Assembly: GCA_039177155.1 (NCBI GenBank)
Contig: JBCDFX010000001.1
Location: forward strand, 1 to 44,043
Source: Cyanobacteria bacterium P01_H01_bin.119
GTDB lineage: Bacteria; Cyanobacteriota; Cyanobacteriia; Phormidesmidales; Phormidesmidaceae
Reading direction: 5' to 3'
Length of the DNA stretch: 44,043 nt
The notes under the pieces are model-generated. The model was not told the DNA's origin. It ran no database searches and saw only the letters and a program-made list of their open reading frames with translations. The position numbers were made by a program, and so were the translations under genes. This document shows positions 16,022-24,434 of the stretch, in pieces (positions within the stretch are counted from its first letter, which is position 1; each line of letters begins with the position of its first letter).

Positions 16022-16822
16022 CTAGCGACGGGTAGCACCCGCGCCGCGATAAATTCGCTCAGACTGTTCACGAGAGAGCCGATTAAAGCCGGGCAGATGG
16101 GTCTGAGGAACCATTTTAGGCGTGTCTACTCGGCCTGCAGTTTGGCCCGCAGTTTGACCTGGGGATTGGTTCAGAGTCTGGCTGCCGGCTTCGGGGCTGA
16201 TTGGGCTCTGGGGCGGCACAAAAGCGTGATTTTCTGAATCATAGGCATACACACTGCCGGTTTCGATGTTGTAAATCCAGGCGTGAACGGTTAAATCGCC
16301 TCGATGCAGCTTGGAACGCACGGCTGGATAAGTGCGCAGATTGTCAATCTGAGTCAGCACGTTTTCAGCCACCAAAACTTCTAGGGTTTCCTGCTTCTCA
16401 AAGTGGCTGTAGTTGTCAAAAACCAGGCGACGGGTTCCCTCCGTATGGCGCAGCCAATTGTAGACCAGCGGCATTTCGTCTTCTAGCTTGCCCAGCTTTA
16501 GCAGCCCGTTCATTGCTCCGCAGCTCGTGTGACCGCAGACAATAATTTGCTGAATATCTAGCGCCTGCAGCGCATATTCAATCGTGGCCCCCTCACCCCC
16601 GTTGGTAGAACCATAGGGGGGCACGATATTGCCCGCATTGCGAATAACAAACAAGTCCCCCATATCGGCTTGGGTAATCAATGCCGGATCAACGCGAGAA
16701 TCGGAACAGGCGATAAACAGGACACGAGGATGCTGCCCGTGGGCTAGCTCAGAAAAAAGATTTTTATGGCTGGGAACATAGGTGCTTTGAAACTGCCGCA
16801 ACCCTTGAATTAGCTTTTGCAT
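16022..16822 (-). CDS. ccaA: Beta-class carbonic anhydrase with a C-terminal extension (carboxysomal CcaA/IcfA-like)
   Basis: 266 aa. It has the CSDSR and HTSCGA zinc-ligand motifs plus an extension of about 60 aa (with low-complexity GQTAGQTAG), as seen in CcaA. Confidence 0.75.
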   Translation of the reverse strand: MQKLIQGLRQFQSTYVPSHKNLFSELAHGQHPRVLFIACSDSRVDPALITQADMGDLFVIRNAGNIVPPYGSTNGGEGATIEYALQALDIQQIIVCGHTSCGAMNGLLKLGKLEDEMPLVYNWLRHTEGTRRLVFDNYSHFEKQETLEVLVAENVLTQIDNLRTYPAVRSKLHRGDLTVHAWIYNIETGSVYAYDSENHAFVPPQSPISPEAGSQTLNQSPGQTAGQTAGRVDTPKMVPQTHLPGFNRLSREQSERIYRGAGATRR

Positions 16823-16861
16823 TTAATCTGGCTCCCAAACAGCACTACAAGCTATAGCTTT

Positions 16862-16950
16862 GGTCAGATTGCGCTCTCCACCCAGTGTCGCTGGAGTTGT
16901 TGGCGCAGCAGCATCTGACTCGCAGCCTTGCCCTAATCGTCCCTTCGGCT
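16862..16950 (-). repeat. Intergenic hairpin repeat, copy 3 (minus orientation)
   Basis: The reverse complement reads CTGCGAGTCAGATGCTGCTGCGCCAACAACTCCAGCGACACTGGGTGGAGAGCGCAATCTGACCAAAGC. It ends 39 nt upstream of the ccaA ATG. Confidence 0.75.
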
Positions 16951-17014
16951 GCTATAACCTTACGCGAAAATTGAACCTGATGTCGCGCTGCAATGGCTTT
17001 TAATAACTGCTTTG

Positions 17015-17806
17015 TCAGTCCAGCAGGGCGATCGCGTCCCCGGCCTTAACAACACCCTCTATTAAAACTGCTCCATATACCCCGGCATAGCCTTCGTGAG
17101 CTTTAGCCACATGCTTAATGATCTCGGGACTTGCTTCTGAGGTGTCGGGGTCAAGGGTAATCATTTTGCAGCGGGGGTCGCGCTCTAGCACCGTTACTTC
17201 TAAGGTGTCGCCAATCTTCAACCGCTTGCCCACCAGCTCTTTCTCGTATAAAGGCGGTTTGTCCTCACTCCAAGTGACGTAAAAGTTGGAGCGGAAGCGC
17301 CGTTTATCGATTTCGGTGCCTAATTCTTGAGTCAACAGCTCACTGAGCTGGGTCGAAAATAGAGTCAAAGGGCGGCAGTCAAACTGGCCTCGCTGGGTAA
17401 AGTGCAGCTTGAGGGTGGGGTCTTTTGCCAGAGCCTTAAGATGCTCTAGAAAATCGGCATCATCAATGCTGTAGGTCTCACCGTTCGGGGTTTCTACTTC
17501 GACTGAGAACTGCTCTCCGTCTGGATAGAGCGGATTAATGCCGGGCGCTATTCTTTGGGCCGCTTCGAGATTGCCAGGCGTCACGGTGACAGCGGCTTCT
17601 TTGTAGCGAGGCTTGTAGAGCAGCAGAGATTCTTTGTCACGGCCCGTAAACCACGGAAACCCTGGATTGCCCTTTTCTGTAACCAGGCCATAGACGCGAT
17701 CGCCCATTACACCGGCAAAAGATACAAAGGCTTGCTCAAGGGTTTCCCCCATCATGCTTTTGACCGGATAGCGCCAAATACTCTCAATCGTGCCTACAAC
17801 CGCCAT
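17015..17806 (-). CDS. MOSC domain-containing protein
   Basis: It has an N-terminal beta-barrel (IESIWRYPVKSMMGE) and a MOSC core (RFRSNFYV...RDPRCKMITLDPDT). The ORF-track start at 17827 is a TTG, so I prefer the ATG at 17806. Confidence 0.8.
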   Translation of the reverse strand: MAVVGTIESIWRYPVKSMMGETLEQAFVSFAGVMGDRVYGLVTEKGNPGFPWFTGRDKESLLLYKPRYKEAAVTVTPGNLEAAQRIAPGINPLYPDGEQFSVEVETPNGETYSIDDADFLEHLKALAKDPTLKLHFTQRGQFDCRPLTLFSTQLSELLTQELGTEIDKRRFRSNFYVTWSEDKPPLYEKELVGKRLKIGDTLEVTVLERDPRCKMITLDPDTSEASPEIIKHVAKAHEGYAGVYGAVLIEGVVKAGDAIALLD

Positions 17807-17866
17807 AACAAAGATGCTCCAGTACAATGCTCAACTTACTAACGCCAGGTTTTAATCTATAACTCT

Positions 17867-17937
17867 GGTCAGATTGCTTATCGCACCGGGTATCGCTGAA
17901 GGGGCTGATATAACTCAACCTGACGCGCAACCCGTCC
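17867..17937 (-). repeat. Intergenic hairpin repeat, copy 4 (minus orientation)
   Basis: GGTCAGATTGCTTATCGCACCGGGTATCGCTGAAGGGGCTGATATAACTCAACCTGACGCGCAACCCGTCC, located upstream of the MOSC gene. Confidence 0.7.
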
Positions 17938-18104
17938 AAGCTTTACCTGCCTAAGCTTTATCTGCCCAAACCGACCTGCTCAAGCCTTTCAGCGGATTTT
18001 ATATAAACCTACGCTCTATGCTGCGTGCTCTTGAATTTCTTTGCTGTAGTGTTGCTAGCAAATCGCGATCGCCCCCCGCAGCAGTTTTGGTTTTACTGGC
18101 CTTT

Positions 18105-18719
18105 CTATTCCTGTTGTCTAAGCAAAAAGTGGACGGTGCCGTGGGGGATAAACCGGGTCTCTAGTGGAAGCTCGCTGCCGGGCTGGCAGTCTACCCGGGC
18201 ACCCATAGCCAGTAAATCTCTCAACGTTGTCTCCGGCTGATGGTGAATCTGGGCCAGGTGTTTATCTTTTAGATAGATCAGCGCAGCAATCTCATTCAGA
18301 GGCTTAGGCTGAGCAGCTAGTTGGGCATTAAATGCGACCAGATAATAGGCTTGATTAGACGCTGCCATGCTGCCGTGAGGGGAATGGCAATATTTGGCCC
18401 AAATTAGCTGAGGGTTGGGCAACTGATCGCTTAGCTCAATTGCCTTTAGCGTTCCATGTCCCTGCAGCAGATAGGTTTGGGCCGCGCTATCGATCTGGGC
18501 TATCACATCACCAATTTCTTCTTTCCCCTCCCGCCAAGCGCAATCCAAAAACGATTCTTGGCAATCGGCGCGTTTACCCCCTACGCCAAATAGCCGCACT
18601 GCTCCATTCCCTTCTTCGGATTCTCGTTTGGGCACAGCCAGCACGTGAAATCCTTGCCACATTAAAAACAGCGCTGCCCCGGCTGGGGTAGCAGGCCCAA
18701 TCAAATCGGATAAGCGCAT
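18105..18719 (-). CDS. Hypothetical protein, possibly a divergent Nudix-fold protein
   Basis: GGKRADCQESFLDCAWREGKEEIGD resembles the Nudix box G-x5-E-x7-REUxEExGU with one extra residue. I chose the ATG at 18719; the ORF track extends to 18761. Confidence 0.4.
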   Translation of the reverse strand: MRLSDLIGPATPAGAALFLMWQGFHVLAVPKRESEEGNGAVRLFGVGGKRADCQESFLDCAWREGKEEIGDVIAQIDSAAQTYLLQGHGTLKAIELSDQLPNPQLIWAKYCHSPHGSMAASNQAYYLVAFNAQLAAQPKPLNEIAALIYLKDKHLAQIHHQPETTLRDLLAMGARVDCQPGSELPLETRFIPHGTVHFLLRQQE

Positions 18720-18766
18720 CGCCTCAGGTTCAGGTGAGCTAGCCCTGCAGCCAGCGGCCAAAGTGG

Positions 18767-19837
18767 TTATAGGCTAACAGGCTGCGGGGAAACCATGGCG
18801 CGATCGCTGATCATGACGTCTTCAAAACTAATGCTTTGCTCACGCTCTCCATAGGTCTTCAACAGCGTCGCAATCCGCTTGCGAATCATAATGCCAGGGC
18901 GATCGGTAAACATATGCTCTTCCTTGCCCATCATCAAGGGAACATCCGGATCGGTAGACTCTAAAATCCGCTTATCCTCAAGGGTTACGGCCCGGTCAAA
19001 GGCCACTACGTCGGCGGCTTTAGTGTCTGCTTCAGTATCATTACGCACGCAGAACTGCACCATTTGAGAGGTGCCATCGTCAATAGGAGTCATGGTGTTG
19101 ACCACCACATGGGACAGGCCATTGGGGTAGTTAATTCGCAACCGAATGGTAAACGGCATAAACCAGTCCATATCCAGCGTGCGAACGGTTTGCGCATTAT
19201 CCATCTTTAAATTCTGCTGCTGCAGGTCAGGGTTGACCACCCCTAAAATTCCGGCTACGTGAATGCCTGTCTCAGTTCTGGTAATGTCCAGCGCGTCTGG
19301 GATAGGGTGCTCTTCGCTGCCGAAGGTTTCGGTGTGCACAAAGGTGGGATGGGCCAAATCTAGCTCGTTTTCCATTACCCGCAGCCCAGAGCAGCGCCAG
19401 GGTTCATAAAACTCGTGAATCACTCTAAACTCTGGGTTAACCGTCTCTGGGATATAGGGAATATCCATAATGGGCTCGTCTAGGCACACCCAGGCGTAGC
19501 CGTAGCGTTCCACACATTGAAAGGCGTCAACTCGGTAGGCGCGAGGAATAGCGGCATTGGGCTTAAGTTGGGGCACCCGAACACAGCCCCCGTGATTGTC
19601 GAACTCCCAGCCGTGATAGGGGCAGCACAGCCGCCCGTCCTCTACTCTTCCCAACGATAGTTTAGCGGTGCGGTGACAGCAGCGATCGCGCACTGCCGCT
19701 GGAGCCCCGTCTTGGTCAAGCCAAATTACAATTGGCTCTCCCAAAAGCTGAAATCCTTTTGGCCCCTCAGCTAAGTTTGCAATGGGCACAACAGGATACC
19801 AAAATCGCCGAAAAACAGGCTGTTGGGTCACTAGCAT
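18767..19837 (-). CDS. Rieske [2Fe-2S] non-heme iron oxygenase (PaO/Tic55-like family)
   Basis: 356 aa with the Rieske motif CCHRTAKLS...CCPYHGWEF and a C-terminal catalytic domain. Confidence 0.8.
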   Translation of the reverse strand: MLVTQQPVFRRFWYPVVPIANLAEGPKGFQLLGEPIVIWLDQDGAPAAVRDRCCHRTAKLSLGRVEDGRLCCPYHGWEFDNHGGCVRVPQLKPNAAIPRAYRVDAFQCVERYGYAWVCLDEPIMDIPYIPETVNPEFRVIHEFYEPWRCSGLRVMENELDLAHPTFVHTETFGSEEHPIPDALDITRTETGIHVAGILGVVNPDLQQQNLKMDNAQTVRTLDMDWFMPFTIRLRINYPNGLSHVVVNTMTPIDDGTSQMVQFCVRNDTEADTKAADVVAFDRAVTLEDKRILESTDPDVPLMMGKEEHMFTDRPGIMIRKRIATLLKTYGEREQSISFEDVMISDRAMVSPQPVSL

Positions 19838-19961
19838 AGGTCGTCAAGTCTCCAGAGCAAAGTTTGTCTCAGCTGTAGGGGGGCAGTACAGGCAAGAGCC
19901 AAGCACCAATTTAAGAAATCTGCGAATCACCCACTAACAGGGCGACGAGCTATGGCAACCG

Positions 19962-20050
19962 GCCGAAACGTTCGGGCGAGTTGCGAGTCAGATTGCTTCT
20001 GTACCAGCAGCTCCAGCAATACTGGGTGCGGTAAGCAATCTAATCGAAGC
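19962..20050 (+). repeat. Intergenic hairpin repeat, copy 5 (plus orientation; closest to the consensus)
   Basis: GCCGAAACGTTCGGGCGAGTTGCGAGTCAGATTGCTTCTGTACCAGCAGCTCCAGCAATACTGGGTGCGGTAAGCAATCTAATCGAAGC. Confidence 0.8.
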
Positions 20051-20222
20051 TGCAGGTTTATCCCAAATTAGGTAGCAGGCGCAAGTGAGCGGAATGCCTA
20101 AAGCTGTTTGCCTAGACTACTGAATGAAGGATTTTTGCTGTTGTTAACTTAACTACGATTTGATTTTTGGCGGGCGGCATGGGTCAGCAAAGAGGCTGCC
20201 GTCACTATCATGCTGCTCTCAG

Positions 20223-23200
20223 TCATTCTGCTCTCGACTCAGCATGGGGTATTGAGGCAGCAGGGAGCGGATAGGTCGTTACCGTACCGTCTGGCCCAAT
20301 CCAGACGATGGCAGCAACGGGCTGTTGGGTGGCAAAGGCAGTCTCCTGATGAGCTTCTATGGCAATCCTGAGAGACTCGGGTAGGGCAACCTCATTCCAG
20401 CCGTTACCGACGCTCTGGGCAGGTAGGATAGATGCGATCCCATTGCCCCCACCCGCCGGTTTAAATTCGGTTGATATAGATTGGGCGAAGGGAACATTAG
20501 CCAGCGGCTGGGCAGCCCATGATCGTAGGGAAGTGCCGATGGTGTTGTGCCAGGGTCGAGCGGTGGTTTGCGTTGACCGATTGAGCGGTATCTGCAAAGC
20601 CGCTTCGATAGACGCTGCCCCCTGGGCAGGTATGTCCCAATGTCCTAAGACTTGCTGCACCCGTTCGGCCCCCCAGTTAGACAAAGTAGAGAGTTGCTGT
20701 GGAAATGATCGCACCTGTTGGGCGATAGTCTGAGCAATTTCTGTAGTTCGATCTTCAGATTGATTGGTTGCCGCAGCCATACCGCAAATCAGCGCGCCGG
20801 GCACTACCAGAGCCAGCGTCCGAGCTTTGAAACGATGACGACGATAGAGCTTACGGCTAGCGATAATGTAGCGCTCTGCTAATCCTGAGAGATCTTCTCG
20901 GTGCTGTCGCCAAAACACTTCCGCTTCTGACAGCCGCCGTCCCGACAGTAAATAATCAGTGTGACGCGGACAGCCGTGCTGCTGCCAGTCTTTAGCTGCG
21001 CCCTCCAGCTTGCGCTGGTGGCGCAGCGTATCCCGTTTTTCGCTAAGCCACTGCCGCATGGGTCCCCAACTGCGGATTAGAGATTCGTGGACAATATCAA
21101 TGGTTTCAGCAGATGAGCCGGGCTGATTCACTTTGAAAGCTGGCTGTAAGGACTTGCCCGCGCGCCAACTTAAAGATCGCTGACTATTGAAAGAGGGGAC
21201 ATCAGGACGGGGAGAGGCTAGCTTACGAGCCAGCTTAGTTTGCAGTGAGTCGGTGCTGCCAAGCCCCGGCCACTGTCCCTCTGGTAAAGCAAGTCCTGTG
21301 GCTGCTGCAGGAGTTGGCAGGGATTCTCGGTGAATAACAATCAGTTGCTCACGGGCCAAGCGATTGAGGATGCGAGTGACTAAATCTACTGGAAATCTGC
21401 AATTGATCAGTTCTGAGATGTGGGCCCGGCGCTGGCTATCGACGGCTCCTTCTCCCAGCTCACACAGGGTTAGAAAAATCCGCTGGGCAACCTGTTTTTC
21501 CCGGGCGTCAAGCTGCTCAAAAATGTGGGTTGCTCGCTGCCCCAGTAGGTTGCGAATGCCGCCTAGCTTTGTGTAAGCCGCCATGGTCAGGCGGGGGCGA
21601 TCGCGCTCTTGATCGATTTCTCGCTGCCGCCACAGTTCCACTAGGGTCTGCTGCAGCAGGGCCAACTCGCCAGGGGCACCCGCAACGTCTAACAAAATTG
21701 AATACAGCAAGTTGGGCTCTAGGGTGAGGCCCGCCTGCTGGGCGGGCTTGGTGATGGCCCCTTTGATTTGGTCATAGGTCATTGGGCCGAGCCAGAGAGA
21801 CTGACGAGCTAAGGCATCAGCCAAAGCTGGATAGGGCTTTAGATGGGCCTGGCAGGCTGTTTGCGAGACAATCACTAAGCTCAAGGCAGGCGTCGGATGG
21901 GCGATCGCCTGATCTAAGCACTGCAAAACGCGATCGCGCTGATTGCAAACTGCGTCAGACAGTCCTGGTGCAAATAGCGATTCAAACTGATCGAGAATCA
22001 GCACAAATCGGGCCGGTGCACATCGATGTGACGGAGAGGGCTGTAGCTGGGTTACCGTCTGTAGGGTCGTTGTTGAATCAGTACTGCTCTGAGTTTCCCC
22101 TAAGGCCGGCGGTAGGCTGGCCTGGGCTAATCGACTCAGGCTGTCTTTTCCCTGCCGTAGAAACTGCTCGGCTCGCTGGAGCTGTTCAGCCTGGGTAATA
22201 CTGTCTGCGCCTGAATCGACAAAGGCAGCGGCCAACTGCTGCAGGGGAGCATGGGCCAAGGCGAGATATCGAGTAGGCCAACGATCGCTGCCGGGAATGC
22301 ACTGCCCCTGGCGCAGTTGATAGATTAGCCCCGCCTGTACCAGAGACGTTTTACCAATGCCGGAGGCCCCGATAATGGCACTCAACGGCTGGCTATTAAC
22401 CCGCTCCAACAGTTGCCGGGTCAATTCCTCGCGACCGAAGAATTGGTCTCCCTGCCCTTCGGAAAAGGGAACCAGTCCTGGGTAGGGGCACTGAATGGAA
22501 GACGCTTCATTTAAATCTGATGGCCCGTAAGTCGGGAGAGTGTCCGTAAAAGCAGCTAGCTTACTTTGAGCGCGGGTCAGGATAATATCGCTGCCAGAAC
22601 TTTCAAACAAAGGCTGCTGAAGTTCTCCTTTAAGCCGCTGGCTGACCTGGCTAATTAACCCGTGACTGCCTACTACACCGCGATCGCCGTGGGGATCAAG
22701 CCCTTTTAGCACCGCCTGTGTAAATACGCTAAATGGTGATTCTAGTGATTCGTAGGCGGCCTCAAATTCGCGCGAGGCGGCCATAAACAATCGGTCTGTG
22801 CCGCTGCAAGCTCCCGGATCGGCCTCTAAAAAATTGAGAATTTCTCCACTATGGCAGCAGTCCAAAATAACGATACGCTGCCGAATCGGGCTTTCCTGCA
22901 GCAGTCGCCGCAGCCAAAAGAGAGAAAGCCCAAAATTGCCTTGCTCTGGATTAGTGTCGCTGGTCGCAAGATAGCCTTCGCGGATGCCTGCGTTGCGCTG
23001 AAATCCATGGCCTGAAAAATAAAATAGGGCCGTTTGAGGGATATTTCGACCGCTTGGTTTGAATAATTGAACAAGAGCATTTTCAAGGGTGCGGGCTGTT
23101 ACTGCGGTTCGCTGGCCTACCACAGGGCGATGAGCTTGAATAATTTCTGGCACTCGTTGTACCCGAAATTCTCCATGGGTTTGGAGCAGATCAGCGATCG

Positions 23201-23282
23201 CGCCTGCATCGTTAGCAGGAGCTTTTAGACTGGGTAAACCCTGATATTTATTAATTCCGACAACGAGTGCATCCCTTGACAT
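20223..23282 (-). CDS. Orthocaspase (peptidase C14) fused to a STAND-type P-loop NTPase, a TM helix and an uncharacterised C-terminal domain
   Basis: 1019 aa. The caspase dyad is YFSGH(92)GF and ILDCC(143)HSGE. The linker PYPGLVPFSEGQGDQFFGREE is typical of STAND NTPases. The Walker A motif is GASGIGKTS (305-313) and the Walker B motif is FVLILDQFE. HESLIRSWGPMRQWL...LSGRRLSEAEVFW follows, then a TM helix (LALVVPGALICGMAAA) and a tail of about 190 aa. Confidence 0.8.
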   Translation of the reverse strand: MSRDALVVGINKYQGLPSLKAPANDAGAIADLLQTHGEFRVQRVPEIIQAHRPVVGQRTAVTARTLENALVQLFKPSGRNIPQTALFYFSGHGFQRNAGIREGYLATSDTNPEQGNFGLSLFWLRRLLQESPIRQRIVILDCCHSGEILNFLEADPGACSGTDRLFMAASREFEAAYESLESPFSVFTQAVLKGLDPHGDRGVVGSHGLISQVSQRLKGELQQPLFESSGSDIILTRAQSKLAAFTDTLPTYGPSDLNEASSIQCPYPGLVPFSEGQGDQFFGREELTRQLLERVNSQPLSAIIGASGIGKTSLVQAGLIYQLRQGQCIPGSDRWPTRYLALAHAPLQQLAAAFVDSGADSITQAEQLQRAEQFLRQGKDSLSRLAQASLPPALGETQSSTDSTTTLQTVTQLQPSPSHRCAPARFVLILDQFESLFAPGLSDAVCNQRDRVLQCLDQAIAHPTPALSLVIVSQTACQAHLKPYPALADALARQSLWLGPMTYDQIKGAITKPAQQAGLTLEPNLLYSILLDVAGAPGELALLQQTLVELWRQREIDQERDRPRLTMAAYTKLGGIRNLLGQRATHIFEQLDAREKQVAQRIFLTLCELGEGAVDSQRRAHISELINCRFPVDLVTRILNRLAREQLIVIHRESLPTPAAATGLALPEGQWPGLGSTDSLQTKLARKLASPRPDVPSFNSQRSLSWRAGKSLQPAFKVNQPGSSAETIDIVHESLIRSWGPMRQWLSEKRDTLRHQRKLEGAAKDWQQHGCPRHTDYLLSGRRLSEAEVFWRQHREDLSGLAERYIIASRKLYRRHRFKARTLALVVPGALICGMAAATNQSEDRTTEIAQTIAQQVRSFPQQLSTLSNWGAERVQQVLGHWDIPAQGAASIEAALQIPLNRSTQTTARPWHNTIGTSLRSWAAQPLANVPFAQSISTEFKPAGGGNGIASILPAQSVGNGWNEVALPESLRIAIEAHQETAFATQQPVAAIVWIGPDGTVTTYPLPAASIPHAESRAE

Positions 23283-23984
23283 TGATCGATTCCAGTAGAC
23301 AAAAAAATTAAATATGATTTGAGTACCGCAAAGCTCATATTCACTTTTGAAGCTTAGGAAAAGGCAATTTATTCAAAACACTCAAAAAGAATGATGGCCT
23401 TCAGGAATTTTGAAAAAACTGAATAAACTAAACTTAGATGGATTATTGAGGAACAATTAGAGCCTGTTTAACGACGTCTAGTTTCGCCAATCCTTTAGCG
23501 GGATCAACATATTTCCTTGCTGATAGCTCCACGATAGTCAAGCTTTTATCTGGTGTTAAAGGGGGTCTAGACCCCTATCAAAACGTCAATATGTTTTCCA
23601 ATAAATGCAATTCTTAAGAAGTCAGTTTTGATGTACAAAAACATGCGTAAACTTTATCATTTGCAAAAACAAAATCTGGAAATTTCCCGATCCGCAGTTG
23701 TACGGATAGACGACGGGCAATGCTTTGATTGCGGGCATAGGGTCAGTGATACTACGTGGTTTTAGCCTATGCATAAAGCTAATATCCGCCATGTGGCTGA
23801 TTTTGGCTTGAGGTTGCCTTATTTTCCGGAAAGTTTTGGTCTGCTATTGGGTTACCGGACCAAATGACCCAGAACACGGGGGCTGCTGACGTAAAGACTC
23901 TTCAACAACTCTGCCCATCCTCTTGGAAAGTAAGGCACCATTAAGGCACCTCTATAAGTGCAATGCAAACCAGGAGAATCTCAG

Positions 23985-24434
23985 ATGGGCCTGTTCGATG
24001 GCGTCTTCGAAGCTCAAAAAAATGTTTCAGAGTCTATGCTCAACCCGGCTGAGGCGTTTGCTGCAATCGCGCTGGTGGCGATCGCGGCCGATGGCTATCT
24101 GTCTGAGCAGGAAGGGCGAGAGATGACTATGGTGCTCTCCCGGATGCAGCTTTTTCGCAGCTACTCTAGCGATGTGCTCCATCGCATGTTGGATAAGCTA
24201 TTGGGCATGCTAAAACAGCAGGGGCCGGGCAGTTTGGTCGCGATGGCCAAAGCCTCGCTACCGGAAGATCTTAAGCCGACGGCGTTTGCGATCGCCACGG
24301 ATTTGGTGCTGGCGGATGGGACGGTGACCCCGCAAGAGCAGGCATTTTTAGACGATCTGTACCGAATTTTGGATATTCCTGGCGATACGGCGCTTCAGAT
24401 TGTTCAGGTAATGACGATTAAAAACCGAGGCTAG
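23985..24434 (+). CDS. TerB-like protein
   Basis: 149 aa starting from the ATG at 23985, which is preceded by AGGAGA. The pattern is AFAAIALVAIAADGYLSEQEGREM ... AFAIATDLVLADGTVTPQEQAFLDDL. The ORF track starts at 23958. Confidence 0.65.
   Translation: MGLFDGVFEAQKNVSESMLNPAEAFAAIALVAIAADGYLSEQEGREMTMVLSRMQLFRSYSSDVLHRMLDKLLGMLKQQGPGSLVAMAKASLPEDLKPTAFAIATDLVLADGTVTPQEQAFLDDLYRILDIPGDTALQIVQVMTIKNRG

Noticed and set aside
16022-16822. Carbonic anhydrase lying away from any ccm/carboxysome genes, considered as an anomaly
   Set aside because: As far as I recall, ccaA is commonly unlinked to the ccm operon in beta-cyanobacteria, so its location is not unusual.
23643-23765. 40-aa ORF (MRKLYHLQKQNLEISRSAVVRIDDGQCFDCGHRVSDTTWF) in the divergent region between the orthocaspase and TerB-like genes
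   Set aside because: It has a single CxxC only, no obvious RBS, and lies in AT-rich promoter DNA. The evidence is insufficient to call it a gene. It could be revisited with ribosome-profiling data.
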